From NCBI GenBank assembly GCA_020536535.1, contig JAHLWZ010000979.1, positions 1 through 34,090 on the forward strand: 34,090 nucleotides of DNA, in the 5' to 3' direction. The notes beneath the pieces were generated by a model that worked only from the letters and a program-made list of their open reading frames with translations, was not told the DNA's origin and made no database searches. This document shows positions 1 through 10,980 of this stretch, in pieces. The translations under genes and the position numbers were made by a program. How positions within the stretch are numbered: the first letter of the stretch is position 1; each line of letters opens with the position of its first letter. This DNA comes from Pelomyxa schiedti (lineage: Eukaryota > Protista > Evosea).

Positions 1-47
1 TGTCTTCTTTGTTTTCAATTTTTCAATTTTTTTTACCTGGAAATTAT

Positions 48-1771
48 TCAGTGGACAAAGTTTGTAGAACCAATCCCACCTGGTTTTGCCCACTGAGTTT
101 GTTTAGTAGTCCGGTTAAAATAGTATATCCTTCCCTTGGCATCCACAGCTTCTTGCCATCCTTCAGGAAGTTCCTGTGAACAACAGATCATAAAGTGGAG
201 TTCAGCACAGGTTGTTTGGTTTTTACCAGTTCTGGAAGCACTGATATCGACATTGGCCTTGTTGGGGTTGGAAATCCGTTAGACATTGCGGGTAAAGAAG
301 CAGTCAGAGATGGCGGTGCCTCTTTGTTAGGTTAGAGAATGATTTTCTAACAAGAAATTACCTCCTGGTAATGTTCCATAAAGTTCTCTCAGGCCAGTCT
401 GCAAGCGAAGAAGCTGGGGTGCGCAAAGTATCACAGGAACCGGAACAAAAGGTGTGCTGTTAGCGGGGGCTGGACAATGTTCCATGTGAGTGACCTGCCA
501 TGAGTCCCAGTGTGTGGCAACACCCTCGTTGTTTAGAGAGAGATCTGTAAGCGATACACGCCTACAAAGAGAATTTCCATAGGCAGGATTGGTCGAACAC
601 TGACCAGGGAACGAGACAGAACCACAGTCAGTGCACTGCACAAGGATTGTGGACATGATAGTGTGCGGAGGGCTCATGTGAATTCTAATTGTGTCAGCGG
701 TCTCTTTGCTTAGAAATTCATATTCCTCAGCATGCACACGCCACCACAGGATTTCGACCGAAGTGCAACAATGTGGAGTGGGGCACAAGAATGTTGGAAT
801 AACTTGGCAGAGTCCACATTTGACACATTGACCAGAAGTGGAGGGCTGGTTATCACGTGCAACAGGGATCTTTGTGGGCGTTGTCTTTGGGTAAAACAAG
901 AAAGGCTTGTCATAGCACGTAGCTGCTGTACAAGAAGGCACATGAATATAGGAGCACAGTGAACACCTCATGACCATGAAAAAAGATGTTTTTCCAGTGC
1001 AAGTTTTGAGTAATTGAGTGTAGTTGGGTCTCTTGAAACCCTTGATTGGGGCTGGAAACCAATGTTAAGTACAGTTGGAATTTCCCGCAAGCACACCAAC
1101 TTGGTCACGCAGATCCTTATTCTCCTCATCTAGTAATCGTACGTGCTCTAGTGCATCAGCCACCATGTGCCGTTCAAGTCCTTGCCGAGTGTCAAATACT
1201 TTTCCACAATTAGGTATCGTGCACTCGACGGGAATGAATTGGCAAACCTAAGGAAAACTTAAGAAGAGGCTCGGTCGGTGAAAGCAGATACCTTCACATG
1301 CGCTTTCCGTGATGCCAATGTGCCAGTCCAAGTACACCCACGTTGCTTCTGGGCACAAAATACCTTCCAAGAGTTCACTTCCAATACAGAATAAAATCGC
1401 TCCAAGAGGAAAAAAGTACCTGTGCGTTTTCAAGTAGAGATACAGCAAGGGGATTTGGCTTCACTTGTTCAACCGTCAATGGTAACCTATCAATAGGACA
1501 CTCGCTCTTCCTAGACAAACATTGCAAAATGCACTGTTTACCTTTTTGTCAAATGTTTATTCCCAGGGTAAAAACATGAACCGAAAAAGTAACACATAAG
1601 CAAGGCACGCAAGTTTCTAAAAAAAAAAAGGCAATGACCCACAATTAAGACAAGATAAAACACACAGAAAAGGTGTTGACAGGGGGTCCCACAAGGATCC
1701 ACCATAATCAGGCTGCAAATGGTGCACCGCAGATCTACCGGTATGCTGTTTACAAAATCGCTCTCGTCCAT
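48..1771 (-). CDS. RING-HC + TRAF-type zinc finger, coiled coil, Cys-rich region and C-terminal WW domain (putative E3 ubiquitin ligase), multi-exon
   Basis: ATG at 1771 gives MDESDFVNSIPVDLRCTICSLIMVDPCGTPCQHLFC. Downstream exons read KQCILQCLSRKSECPIDR (completes the C3HC4-type RING), VFCAQKQRGCTWTGTLASRKAHVK and VCQFIPVECTIPNC...LERH (TRAF-type Zn fingers). Last exon ELPEGWQEAVDAKGRIYYFNRTTKQTQWAKP is a canonical WW domain; TGA at 48-50. Confidence 0.85.
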
Positions 1772-1948
1772 TGGTTAATCAGTAATAATATGTTGATCAG
1801 ATTCCGTGACAGAATGATCTCTCGAGGTTCGTTTGATAACCAGGAGGCTACCAGATTAGCTTTGGATTGGTGTTATGGTGGAGGTGCGAAACTGAACAAC
1901 GACACCCACAACCGCAACAAATCAAAGTGTGAAGGTGATCACCAGCAC

Positions 1949-2131
1949 ATGCCGCGCGGAAATTCGACTCGAGTTCGAGCCTGTGCTCGAGTGAGAGCTC
2001 TCAAGCTCAAAGACAGCTGCACCAGCAAGAACCTTCGCAGCAAGAAAGAAGCTGCTAACAGCGAGGATTCATATGAGTTGAGTGCTGACCTGATGGCAAG
2101 CACAAGTGCAGATATGGTGCATCTAGAATGA
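1949..2131 (+). CDS. candidate small 60-aa protein (MPRGN... start weakly reminiscent of SERF/4F5 family)
   Basis: ATG 1949 to TGA 2131: MPRGNSTRVRACARVRALKLKDSCTSKNLRSKKEAANSEDSYELSADLMASTSADMVHLE. It sits in the gap between two minus-strand genes. Family similarity is limited to the first residues. Confidence 0.35.
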   Translation: MPRGNSTRVRACARVRALKLKDSCTSKNLRSKKEAANSEDSYELSADLMASTSADMVHLE

Positions 2132-2299
2132 ATAATGAACCCTATGTCATGGGACAGTTGTTTTGAATTTGGATAGTTATGTTCAAATAGAGTCAAGATT
2201 TCAAAGTGTCACAAAGATGTGACTAAAAGAAGTTTTTGTGTAAACCCTAAGTTTACATGATGGTTCTGGAAGAACTTTACTGAAACGATCCAGTTCCAT

Positions 2300-4859
2300 T
2301 TAAAGCAGCTTCAGGCGTCGTGTAACACTCGAGTGCCAGCTCTTTTCCCTCTGTGGTGAAGTTCCAGTGGCAGTTGCTGCTGTAGATTCAGTGCCTGTTC
2401 CTGTTGGTATCGCCGCTGTTGTTCCTGATGCTGAGCCAGAAATAGACGAGGCCTTCATCGCAGATACCACGGCGTTGGCCTTGGACGCGTAGATGAAGTA
2501 GTTCCCGCTCTTGATCCTGTAGTCGATATACTTGCTGAACATGTAGTTCGACTTGCTGCGGGCCTGGCCAAAGTACTCGGTGGCCTCCTTGAGGTGGTTG
2601 GTCCTCAGCGCCATCTCTCCCATCTCGACCAGGGAGTACGCGACTATCTGGTAGTCAAAGAACAGTGCCTTTAGCTGCGGCTCGGTCCCAACCACTTTAG
2701 TGAACTCCAGCAGCGCCTCGTCGTCGCGCCCGCGGAGCCCCGCGAGTGAGCACCCAAGCCAGAAGTGTAACCTGTTGTATGTATTGGTTCAGCGAGAGTT
2801 GAATTGAAACGCGAAAAGGTAAATTGGGTTTTTTTAAAAAGACAAAGTATGAAGTGATAAGAGGATGGAAAAAGGAGGGAGAGATTATACCAGGCTTCAA
2901 GAAGCCACAGGGGTTCTGGGCCAGGAGTGCCAGAAATGTATATTTTGTACCGGCCACACTCTTCAAATGCTTCCTGGTGTAGAGTGTTCAAATGGAATTT
3001 TAATTGTTTAATTTTTTTTTGAGAAGAATAAGAACCTGGTAGTAGTGACCATCCAAGAAGTTGTTTAACCTCTCAAGATAAATATCAAAATCGGTGAAGG
3101 CGTTCCCATTTGACACAAATTTATTGGCCATCATAACAGTGAAATCGTCATGCTCATAATGTTCCTTTGCACACGCTTTTCCTCTAGCTAGAATATCAGC
3201 AACTTGATCGCGTTGGCCTTTGTGGAGTTGAATCTAGCATGTAGAAACGAGGTTGATCACCATACCAGTGCACCATTTGCATATTGCCAGTTTGTAGAAT
3301 CCATGACAGCGGTACATGGTACTTTCTGTGGCTAAATATTCCTCAATACAGGGAATTGCCTTCAAAAATGTAAGTGAGCAAATAAAAATGGGTTGTTTTG
3401 ATGATACCCTTTCCCAGTCGTTATGAACATAGTACGTGGCTCCTTCAAAGTATGTACAGGATTTCCTCATAAAGTCAAACTCGGGGGAAAATAAAGCCCT
3501 AGATTCCCTAAAACAGGCTCTTGAGGTCTCAATGTCACCAGCAAGCATTGTTTGATACCCTGGAAGTTGTTATCAGTCTAATGACCTCATTTTCGTAAGA
3601 AGATGCAGAATAAACCTTCAGTGTAACACAACAATGGGCTTCGGGCTTTTCTAGCAGAGACTGCGTGCAAAATCGATCTGGCCTTTTCTGGATCTTTCAG
3701 TAACATAGTATAAACCCAACTGAGTAACATTGCACCACCACTTCCAAAGGAGGCACCACTTTGCCATGCCTCATCCAACTCAGCAAGGGCGAGGGGAAGG
3801 TCAGCTTCAAATCCCATGAGTTGCAAGAACCACATGAATGTTGGGGGAATAGCTGTCATGATCTGAATGGTGTGAGGAAACTTCTTGCAAGAAAAACCAA
3901 GCAGCTACTGACCAAGTGGAAGATGCCAACGCCAAAGGCAATATCACCTCCCATTTCCGGGATCACATAAGTTTTTCCAACTGGATCAGCCATCAAAAAG
4001 TCTTTCAGGTACTGAGCACGATAGAGCCACTTGATCAAGGTTATGATAAAGATATAAAGTCACAAAATCACCTTCCACGATTTACGTAAAAGAAAAGGGG
4101 CATTTGCGTATGACCTGTCATAGTAGTGCAACAGAGCTTTCCCTAAGAGTAACTAATAGAATTATTTGTGGATTGTAAAAAAGGGGTGCAACGCACCATC
4201 CCCATTATCATCATGGAAACAGTTTGGACAAACATTTCATCCCACTGAGCGGGTGTGTATGTAGTGCCTGAGTGTCCGGTTGTTGCAATTCGATACAACT
4301 TGGCAGCGCCGTGTTTAACAAGGCTACGCTTATACCCCACGCAGTTAGGCTTCACCATATCCTCCAGTTTTTCTTGTAGCACAAATAAGAGTACAGTACT
4401 ACACTCCAGGGTATAAACCTATCCTTGCAAGCGCCCTTGATCTTTCAAGAGCGCTCTCAGTCAATATGCTTCTCCAAAATCCGCTCAACACATGCAACGA
4501 CCCAGGGTATATATGCTCCTTCACAACATCCGCCAATGCTGCATCAGCTTCATCCAGTCTGGACAACCATATCAAATCCGCAACCTATTCGACCAACAGC
4601 AATAACAACAAATATCATGAAAAAAAAAAAACTTATAATAACGACGACAAGAAGAAGTTACAGGACGGCAAATTTCTATCCAATAGTTGGCAGCCTCTAT
4701 ATTTGTGGAGAACCCAGTCTCAGGGGGAGACAACTTGGCCACAGTCACAGGGGGAGCTGCCGCCGAAGCAGAAGCAGTCGAAGTAGTGGTGGTGGTGGTC
4801 GTAGGGGCAGCCGCGGTCGCACTAGCCATTGTGGGCGCCACTGGCGTTTCGGTAGACAT
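2300..4859 (-). CDS. TTC39/IML2-like (DUF3808) TPR-type protein, multi-exon
   Basis: Exons read ...PFLLRKSWK, GGDIAFGVGIFHLV|MTAIPPTFMWFLQLMGFEADLPLALAEL, TPR-like helices (CTYFEGATYY, HGFYKLAICKW) and C-terminal YSLVEMGEMAL...ARSKSNYMFSKYIDYRIK, matching the TTC39 pattern. Likely start MSTETP (ATG 4859). Confidence 0.8.
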
Positions 4860-5066
4860 CAACCAACTGCAACCGACGGGTTTGTTTGGAAGATGTTTCG
4901 AGAAGCGATCCAAGATCAAACTCCAGTCACGGACTGGGCAGTTACTCAATCCCGAAAGTGCCTCGCCAGTGTTTCTCTCTCACTGCGCCAGCTTCCTCCA
5001 TCCCAATCATTTCTCGTAATCCTGCTGGTTCAGTGAACGACCCAACGAAAACCAACCGTCAAAGCA

Positions 5067-6043
5067 ATGCAAGAAGCCCTGCAAGGCGTGCGTCTGCGAC
5101 AACATGCGGCCACGGCTAATATGACGGGGCAGTCAGATTCCACCCCTACTGTCTCGGTCGTCGACGATTCTGTGGACTCGGGGGCGTGGTTCGCCTCAAA
5201 CTTGGAAAACTGGTGTGTTGTGTGTGTTGTGTGTGTGTGTTGTGTGTGTGTGTTGTGTGTGTGTTGTGTGTGTGTTGTGTGTGTGTGTTGTGTGTTGTGT
5301 GTGTTGTGTGTGTACCTCGTTCATTCGACTTACTTTGTTGACAGGACAAATTGTTGTTTACCCTGTACCAGAGGCAGACCAATGGAGCACAAGTGGAAGG
5401 GGGGTATCTGTTGATGGGAGTGACACTGTGGTGTGGGTGCAGCCTGATGGAGTCACAGGAATGTGTGGGAGTTCTGTGGGGGGAAGGGTGGCGTGGCTGA
5501 ACCCATCACTTCAGAGCCTCTCATGTGGTGGTAGTTACTATGTTTATTGGGCATTTAACCTTCTGCTTTGTCCTGCAAGGTTTTCTTGTCAGGTTTTCAT
5601 TTTTCCTTTTTTTTCTCACTCACATCACTCAAAAGGAAGGGATTGGTGCCTCATCTTCAATCTTGTCAATTTCACAACCAAGTTCCCTTGACTGTTACCC
5701 AATCACATATTGCACTGACAAACGCAAAGGCCCCTGTTCATTTGGTTTGAGCATGGGAGCAGCTGAACTGGAGGGAAGATGCCAAGGTGTCCTCTCGCGA
5801 CACATCCCGAATGACCAAAGAATTGCAGTTGCAGGAGATCAGTTCTCATTCCTGATTCGATTTCACAGAGGCATGCAGCATGGCACTGTGAGAGTCTTCA
5901 GGAACCTCAAGCCACTGGTCACGTTCGAGCGTCTGGTGACTAGGCTTCCAATTTTTCCCACTGTGCAAATGTGTTGCAGGGAGGTAAGGTACCAGTTCGT
6001 AAGCAACCCACAGCTCCCTCCTCTTCTCTCCCTGTTCGGTTGA
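5067..6043 (+). CDS. SPRY/B30.2-like beta-sandwich domain protein, about 3 exons
   Basis: YYVYWAFNLL...GIGASS and GDQFSFLIRF...GTVRVFRNLKPLVTF...PIFPTVQMC match the SPRY consensus (W-x-V...GIG; GD-x-IG; F-x-RNG; PLYPAV). The first splice junction could not be fixed unambiguously. Confidence 0.55.
5212..5312. repeat. degenerate (TG)n / TTGTGTGTG microsatellite in probable first intron
   Basis: About 100 nt made only of T and G, in units such as TTGTG(TG)n. It explains the spurious Cys/Val-rich and His/Thr-rich ORFs. Confidence 0.95.
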
Positions 6044-6127
6044 CCCACCCAATGATGTAATAGCATACAAAGAAAAGACCGCTTTTTCTCATTTCCAAGT
6101 ACATGTACATTGAATACAGCCTTGAAC

Positions 6128-9053
6128 TTAGAATAGGGCGAAACGGGCACCGACGCTCTTTGATAGCCAAGGGGACTGTTCGCCATTGGACAGTGATTGC
6201 ACCATCAAAATGGTGTCATCGACAATGTCCCCAAATGGTGTGCCTGGGTGTGCCTTCTCTGCCACTGTTTGTTTTGTTATTTTTTGGTTTTTTTGAATAT
6301 ATACACCTTCAAGGAAACAGCCAGTAAAGAATCCGTTGTTCTTGTGGTTCGGCAACTTGCATGCATCCAGTGTTGTCTTTCCTGTGTGCGTAGTTAAAAT
6401 GGAGAAAGAATGGAGGAAAATCAACCAACCTGGGCTTGTTGGGTAAATTACAATGCACCCTGCTGGAAAATCTTCTTTAGTCATCGATGATGACCGCGTG
6501 GAGCTAAATCCACGTGTCTGGGGTTATGAAATAAGGTGTTGAATTAGTACCAGAGAGGGATGTATTGGTAAGTATTGTTTGCTGTGCTTCTTGGTTTGGG
6601 GTGCAAAACAAAAAGAAATATAAATTAATACCCTGAACTCATCCCGATCATCATGATCAGACTCCCGGCAGGCATCAAGGATCCCAATGGTGAGGTCGGA
6701 GTGCTTCTTGATTTCATCTAACACAATCCCAAGCATTGGTGCCTTGTACTTGATTACGTCAAAGTTGGTTTCAGTGAAAGCTGTCTCATCTGATGTCATG
6801 AGAAGGAAGTTGTGCCCTTTTATTTGCCTGCCGTGCCCTGCGAAGTAAAATATGCTTGCGACCTGCAATTTGCTGTTGGCGTTGGGAAAAAAATGAAAAT
6901 GCTGGGACCTTGTTTCTTGCCTTCTGTTGCTCCTTCAAGGTTGCTTTGAACTGTTCCAATTTGCTAGCGAAATCCTGGATGTTTGAGATGTTAACGTGGC
7001 ACACAACTTCAAACTTGCATGTGGTCCTCAAGAACTGGTAAAAAAATGAAAGTGGGGGAAAAAAATGAGAGTAATATATGGAGAACAAAAGAGGGTATAG
7101 CCAACAAGGGAAATCGTTTCTGCGTCGCTGACGGCATTCTTGAGGGTAGACTGACCATATGATTCATTTCCTATAACAAATGCAAAGCATTTGTAATTCA
7201 GCTCGGGACTAAAAAGAGTTGGGGATCCTGCCATGGCGTTATGATAGAAGTTTGAAAAGAAATGCTGGTACCTGCATTTAATTGCTGTTGCAATGTTTCA
7301 ACTTGTGCCTGCAAGTCCTTTATCAGCATTGACCGACTATAGTTGGTTTTCAGTGGGTGAAGTTAGTGCTTAATAAAAACAAAGGGATGTTTGGTGAACA
7401 AAACTGTGATGAAACAGAGCATCGTGGTCGCCGCTGCTGCTGGCTGGCAAGATGAGATCGAACCTCTTCTACAATGATTTCTGCATCACCAACAACAATC
7501 CCAAGGCTACACAGTTGCTGCACTGTGTAATTGGCAAGTGTCCTCCCACGTAACTTGTTTGATCTGATAACCTTGAGGCAATCATCATCAATACCAACAG
7601 ATCCAAGCCACAAGCACACTTGATCCACGTTGGCTGTTGAAAGAGAAAATGCTGGTAGTTGTGATGTCATAGTTGATGAAACGTGTAGTGCATTCGCTGA
7701 GAATGCTTCTGCTTCTGTGTTTGTTGAAGAGTGTGTCACAATGTTATCTGATTTAGAGGTCAAATCCACTGGGGTGGTTCCTTTTGGCTTCGGGGATAGT
7801 GGTGTTGGCGAGTCTGGTGCAGTTTGAACTGATGCTGGAAGGGGGTTGGTAGGTATGGTTTCTGATTGAAATTCTGTGGGCATTTGAGTTGAGCTTACAA
7901 GGGGCTGGTTAGATGCTGGTGGTTTTGGGGGTAAATTTGCTGGCTTGGGAGTTTCAAGTGGAGGGGTAGTTCCAGGTGTGGTAACATTCAAAGAAGCCGG
8001 GCTTTGGAGAATTGCACCCTTGCCATCTTTGAGACCCAGAGCAAGGGACACATAAAAAGCCTCAACTATATCAAGAAACATATCCCGGACCTTTTCGTAC
8101 TGAAAGTACGTGTCACTCACCAGAATTGCCTCCTTGTCAAGTGCAGGGATCCACGCCAGTCCCAACTCCTCGAAGTTCACCGAGTCGCGCGGAAGTGGGG
8201 CCCCATTGGAGCCAAGCACCGTACCAATGTGCGGCAGGTCTCCCTTCTCGTCTGTACCGCGGCGCGTGGGCGTGAGATACTGCACCACGGCGGCGCCCTG
8301 CTTCCCAGGAGGGAGTGCTCTGCGCAGAGCGCGAGTCAGGAACGCAATGAACCAGGCGGGGACCCCCCTGTGCAGGTCGGAGCTGCCGGGCATCGTTACA
8401 TATCCCCGCGATGAAAGCTCCAGGGGGTGCATGGAGTCGAGGCCCGCGGGATCCGGCGTCACCGCGGCCAGCCGGCTCAGCGGGCCGTACATCAAAAGCG
8501 CGTGCGTCTGGGCAGACATGAGGTCCACGACGGTCACTGGGCAAAAGCCGGCCTGTGTCACGCACCCGGGGTCTATGACGCAACCGTGGCCGTCGCTGTC
8601 CACAGAAACAACAGTAACCACGAGGGGGATTGTGGTGGTGGTGGTGGTGGTGGGGAGGGAGGGGGCGGACGACGAGGGCCGCGGCGGCGGCGACAGGGGG
8701 TGCTTGGACGAGATCGCAGATCTGGCGCAGTCGTACGTGGCCTGGTCGCCAGGTGCAACGACGGCGATGGCAAAGTCGAAGTCCCCACCTCCTGGAGGTT
8801 GTAGGCCGGAGGCACAAGAACAAGAAGCATCCGAAGAAGAAGAAGAAGAAGAAGGGGGTGGGGGTTGAACGATGTGCCTGTGGATCAAGGGGACGCCGCA
8901 GGAGCGGAGCAGGAGCTCGGCGACGACGGCATACGGGGCAACACGTGGGGCGAAGCAGAGGCAGCAACGGTCCGTTGCCGACACCCGTAACGGCGGCGTG
9001 ATCGGGCGCCGCGGTCGGGACGCCGCCCCTCGCGTGCTTTCGTCGTTTCCCAT
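6128..9053 (-). CDS. caspase-fold peptidase C14 (paracaspase-like) with SAM domain and possible N-terminal degenerate TIR-like domain, multi-exon
   Basis: Exon 1 contains a SAM domain (ANVDQVCLWLGSVGIDDDCLKVIRSNKLRGRTLANYTVQQLCSLGIVVGDAEIIVEEV). It splices in phase via a coiled-coil exon (LIKDLQAQVETLQQQLNA) to FAFVIGNESY...LKNAVSDAETI, IFYFAGHG (His codon 6833-6835), ILDACR (Cys codon 6668-6670), IVIYPTSPG, NGFFTGCFLE and QSPW. Stop at 6128. Confidence 0.88.
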
Positions 9054-9410
9054 TTTTTTTCCCTTACATTTTTCCAGTTACGCTGTGAAGAGGTTTTAGC
9101 AGAAGGCTGTTGACTCATAATTCCGTACCACCAAGGATACAGCCTAAACCCACCACAACTTTAATGAAGAATAACCGGCCTAATAAAAAGAGAAAACAAC
9201 AACACCAACCTACATAAGTTGTTTGGCGCAGCCATAAAGGCCGCCAACGTTAATTGTCGGCACATACGCTCTGTTGACGATTTCCTCTCAGTTCCCAGGT
9301 AACAAGGACAAAGAATGATTCAGAGTGAAAAAGCTACTTCCCCACCAGAACCGGGAGACAGAGCAAGTTATCGTAAAAGAAAAAAAAAAGGAACAAGAAA
9401 CAACCCCGCG

Positions 9411-10829
9411 ATGGTACACGAGATCTGCTCCTCCCTCCGTTTGTGTCGTTTAACATGTTGAGATTTGTTATAGGAGCACGTACGTGCGGCAATGGCCGAT
9501 AACCCTGTCGCTGTTTTCAGCACTCACGACGGTATGTGTCAATCAAATTTTTTTTTATGTCGTGGCAGTTTCAAGTTATAATGCTTTGTAAGGTGCTGGA
9601 ATTGACTCCCGACCGATGATGCTTCTGCACAACGACGCCCTGGGGTTCTACTTTGTAACTCGCAAAGGTTCCAAGAAATTGGCTCAAATTACCGCCTGTG
9701 CTGATGTGTCCCTGCTTGTGGGCAGGACGGATATGCTGGCTCCTTTCTATTGTGAGGTTTGGGATTCTGAAAGGTCTGTTCTCCCAACAACAACTATTTT
9801 CTACAGGTTCAGGCCCGATGTGCTATTCTCGACGATCCGCGTTCCAAAATGCTTGCCTGGAACGACGGCATGCGAGCTGTAGGGCAAGTAACACTTCACT
9901 CAAAACTTACTCTATCGTAGTATGGCTATGCCAATGCTGAAGACCCAATCTTAGTTGTGTTGCAGCTTCATTTCGATAGAATTACAAGAGTAGATACACA
10001 TCACTATTTTTTATGCTTTTTTTTTAACATAAGTAAGGTTGATATGAAGAATTTCCGACAGGAAGTATTCGAAGTTACTTCAATTGAATCAGCCATTGCT
10101 AACCGACGTTCTGTTAGGTAAGTCACCAATGTGTTTGTTGTTTATTTTTAATACCCTTGGAGGAAATACACATCCGAAAAAGTTCCCCGTGACATTCTTG
10201 AAAGAGTTCTTAACGCTGCCAACTGGGGTCCCACTGGGATGGGGGCACAGCCTTTGCACTTTTATGCTCAGGTAACCTTAAAGTCTTTTTTTCCGCTAGA
10301 GTCTTAACTTTACTTAGACAAATCCCGAAAAGCTTCGGGATGTGGCCTCTGCAGTTGGAAATGCCATCCCGGAGTTCAAGACTAAGTCTTGCTGGTATGA
10401 TGCACCTGTCGCCATTGCTGTGACTATTGTTCCTGGTAAAATCATTACTTATTTCGGGATTGGGCAAAGGCTCACTTCATGGCAGAAAAGGAGCATCAGA
10501 TGAAAGTTAAACTTCCAGTTGAAATTGACGCGGGGATGGCCGCACAAAGTATACGTTCCCAAAAACTTTAGTAGTTCTCTTATTCGTTCCAGACATGATG
10601 ATTGAGGCCTATGGTTGTGGTCTCAGTACTTGTCCAATTGGTATCGTTCTCGCAATCAATAAGGACATTCTCAAAGCGGTAAACATAAATAACCCTCATC
10701 ATCGCTCACAAATACCAGGCATTTGAAATACCAATGAACGAGCGTGTTGTCCTGTGCCTAACTCTTGGTTATTCTGCCGAGAACCCGCCCGTTGTACCCA
10801 GAAATTGGAATAATGCTAATTTGGTATAA
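9411..10829 (+). CDS. fusion of pyridoxamine-5'-phosphate-oxidase-like (split-barrel FMN-binding) domain and nitroreductase domain, about 10 introns
   Basis: Spliced product M|EHVRAAMADNPVAVFSTHD|GAGIDSRPMMLLHNDALGFYFVTRKGSKKLAQI...EDPILVVLQLHF (PNPOx/GSP26-like) continues in frame to IESAIANRRSVR|KYTSEKVPRDILERVLNAANWGPTGMGAQPLHF...YDAPVAI...IDAGMAAQ|NMMIEAYGCGLSTCPIG...LTLGYSAENP...R (nitroreductase). TAA at 10827-10829. Confidence 0.85.
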
Positions 10830-10980
10830 GTTATTTTTTTTTCCCTGCTTTGGCGTTATCTCATGTTCCGTATGTGTAATTGAAAATACTTTGTCCCTGC
10901 ACTTTGTAGCATCTTTGGTGGTGCAGGTTTCACAGAACACAGCAAAGAACCACATAACTTGCAAGTGAGTAATAACACTG

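Noticed and set aside
327-977. IBR/RBR ligase domain
   Set aside because: Cys spacing does not convincingly fit IBR or RING2; left as an unknown Cys-rich region.
2671-2991. Apparent frameshift in the TTC39-like gene
   Set aside because: Resolved by an intron ending CAACAG at ~2772, giving LHFWLGCSLAGLRGRDDEALLEFTKVV in frame with the last ORF.
5212-5312. Telomere-like TG tract
   Set aside because: It is internal, irregular and lacks a fixed G-run unit; a simple microsatellite explains it.
5146-5414. Cys/Val-rich and His/Thr-rich ORFs resembling metallothionein or metal-binding peptides
   Set aside because: They are translations of the TG microsatellite, most likely intronic.
8004-9118. Multiple long overlapping ORFs on both strands (e.g. 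8110-8868 +, 8137-8967 -)
   Set aside because: Shadow ORFs from a GC-rich, stop-poor first exon of the paracaspase gene.
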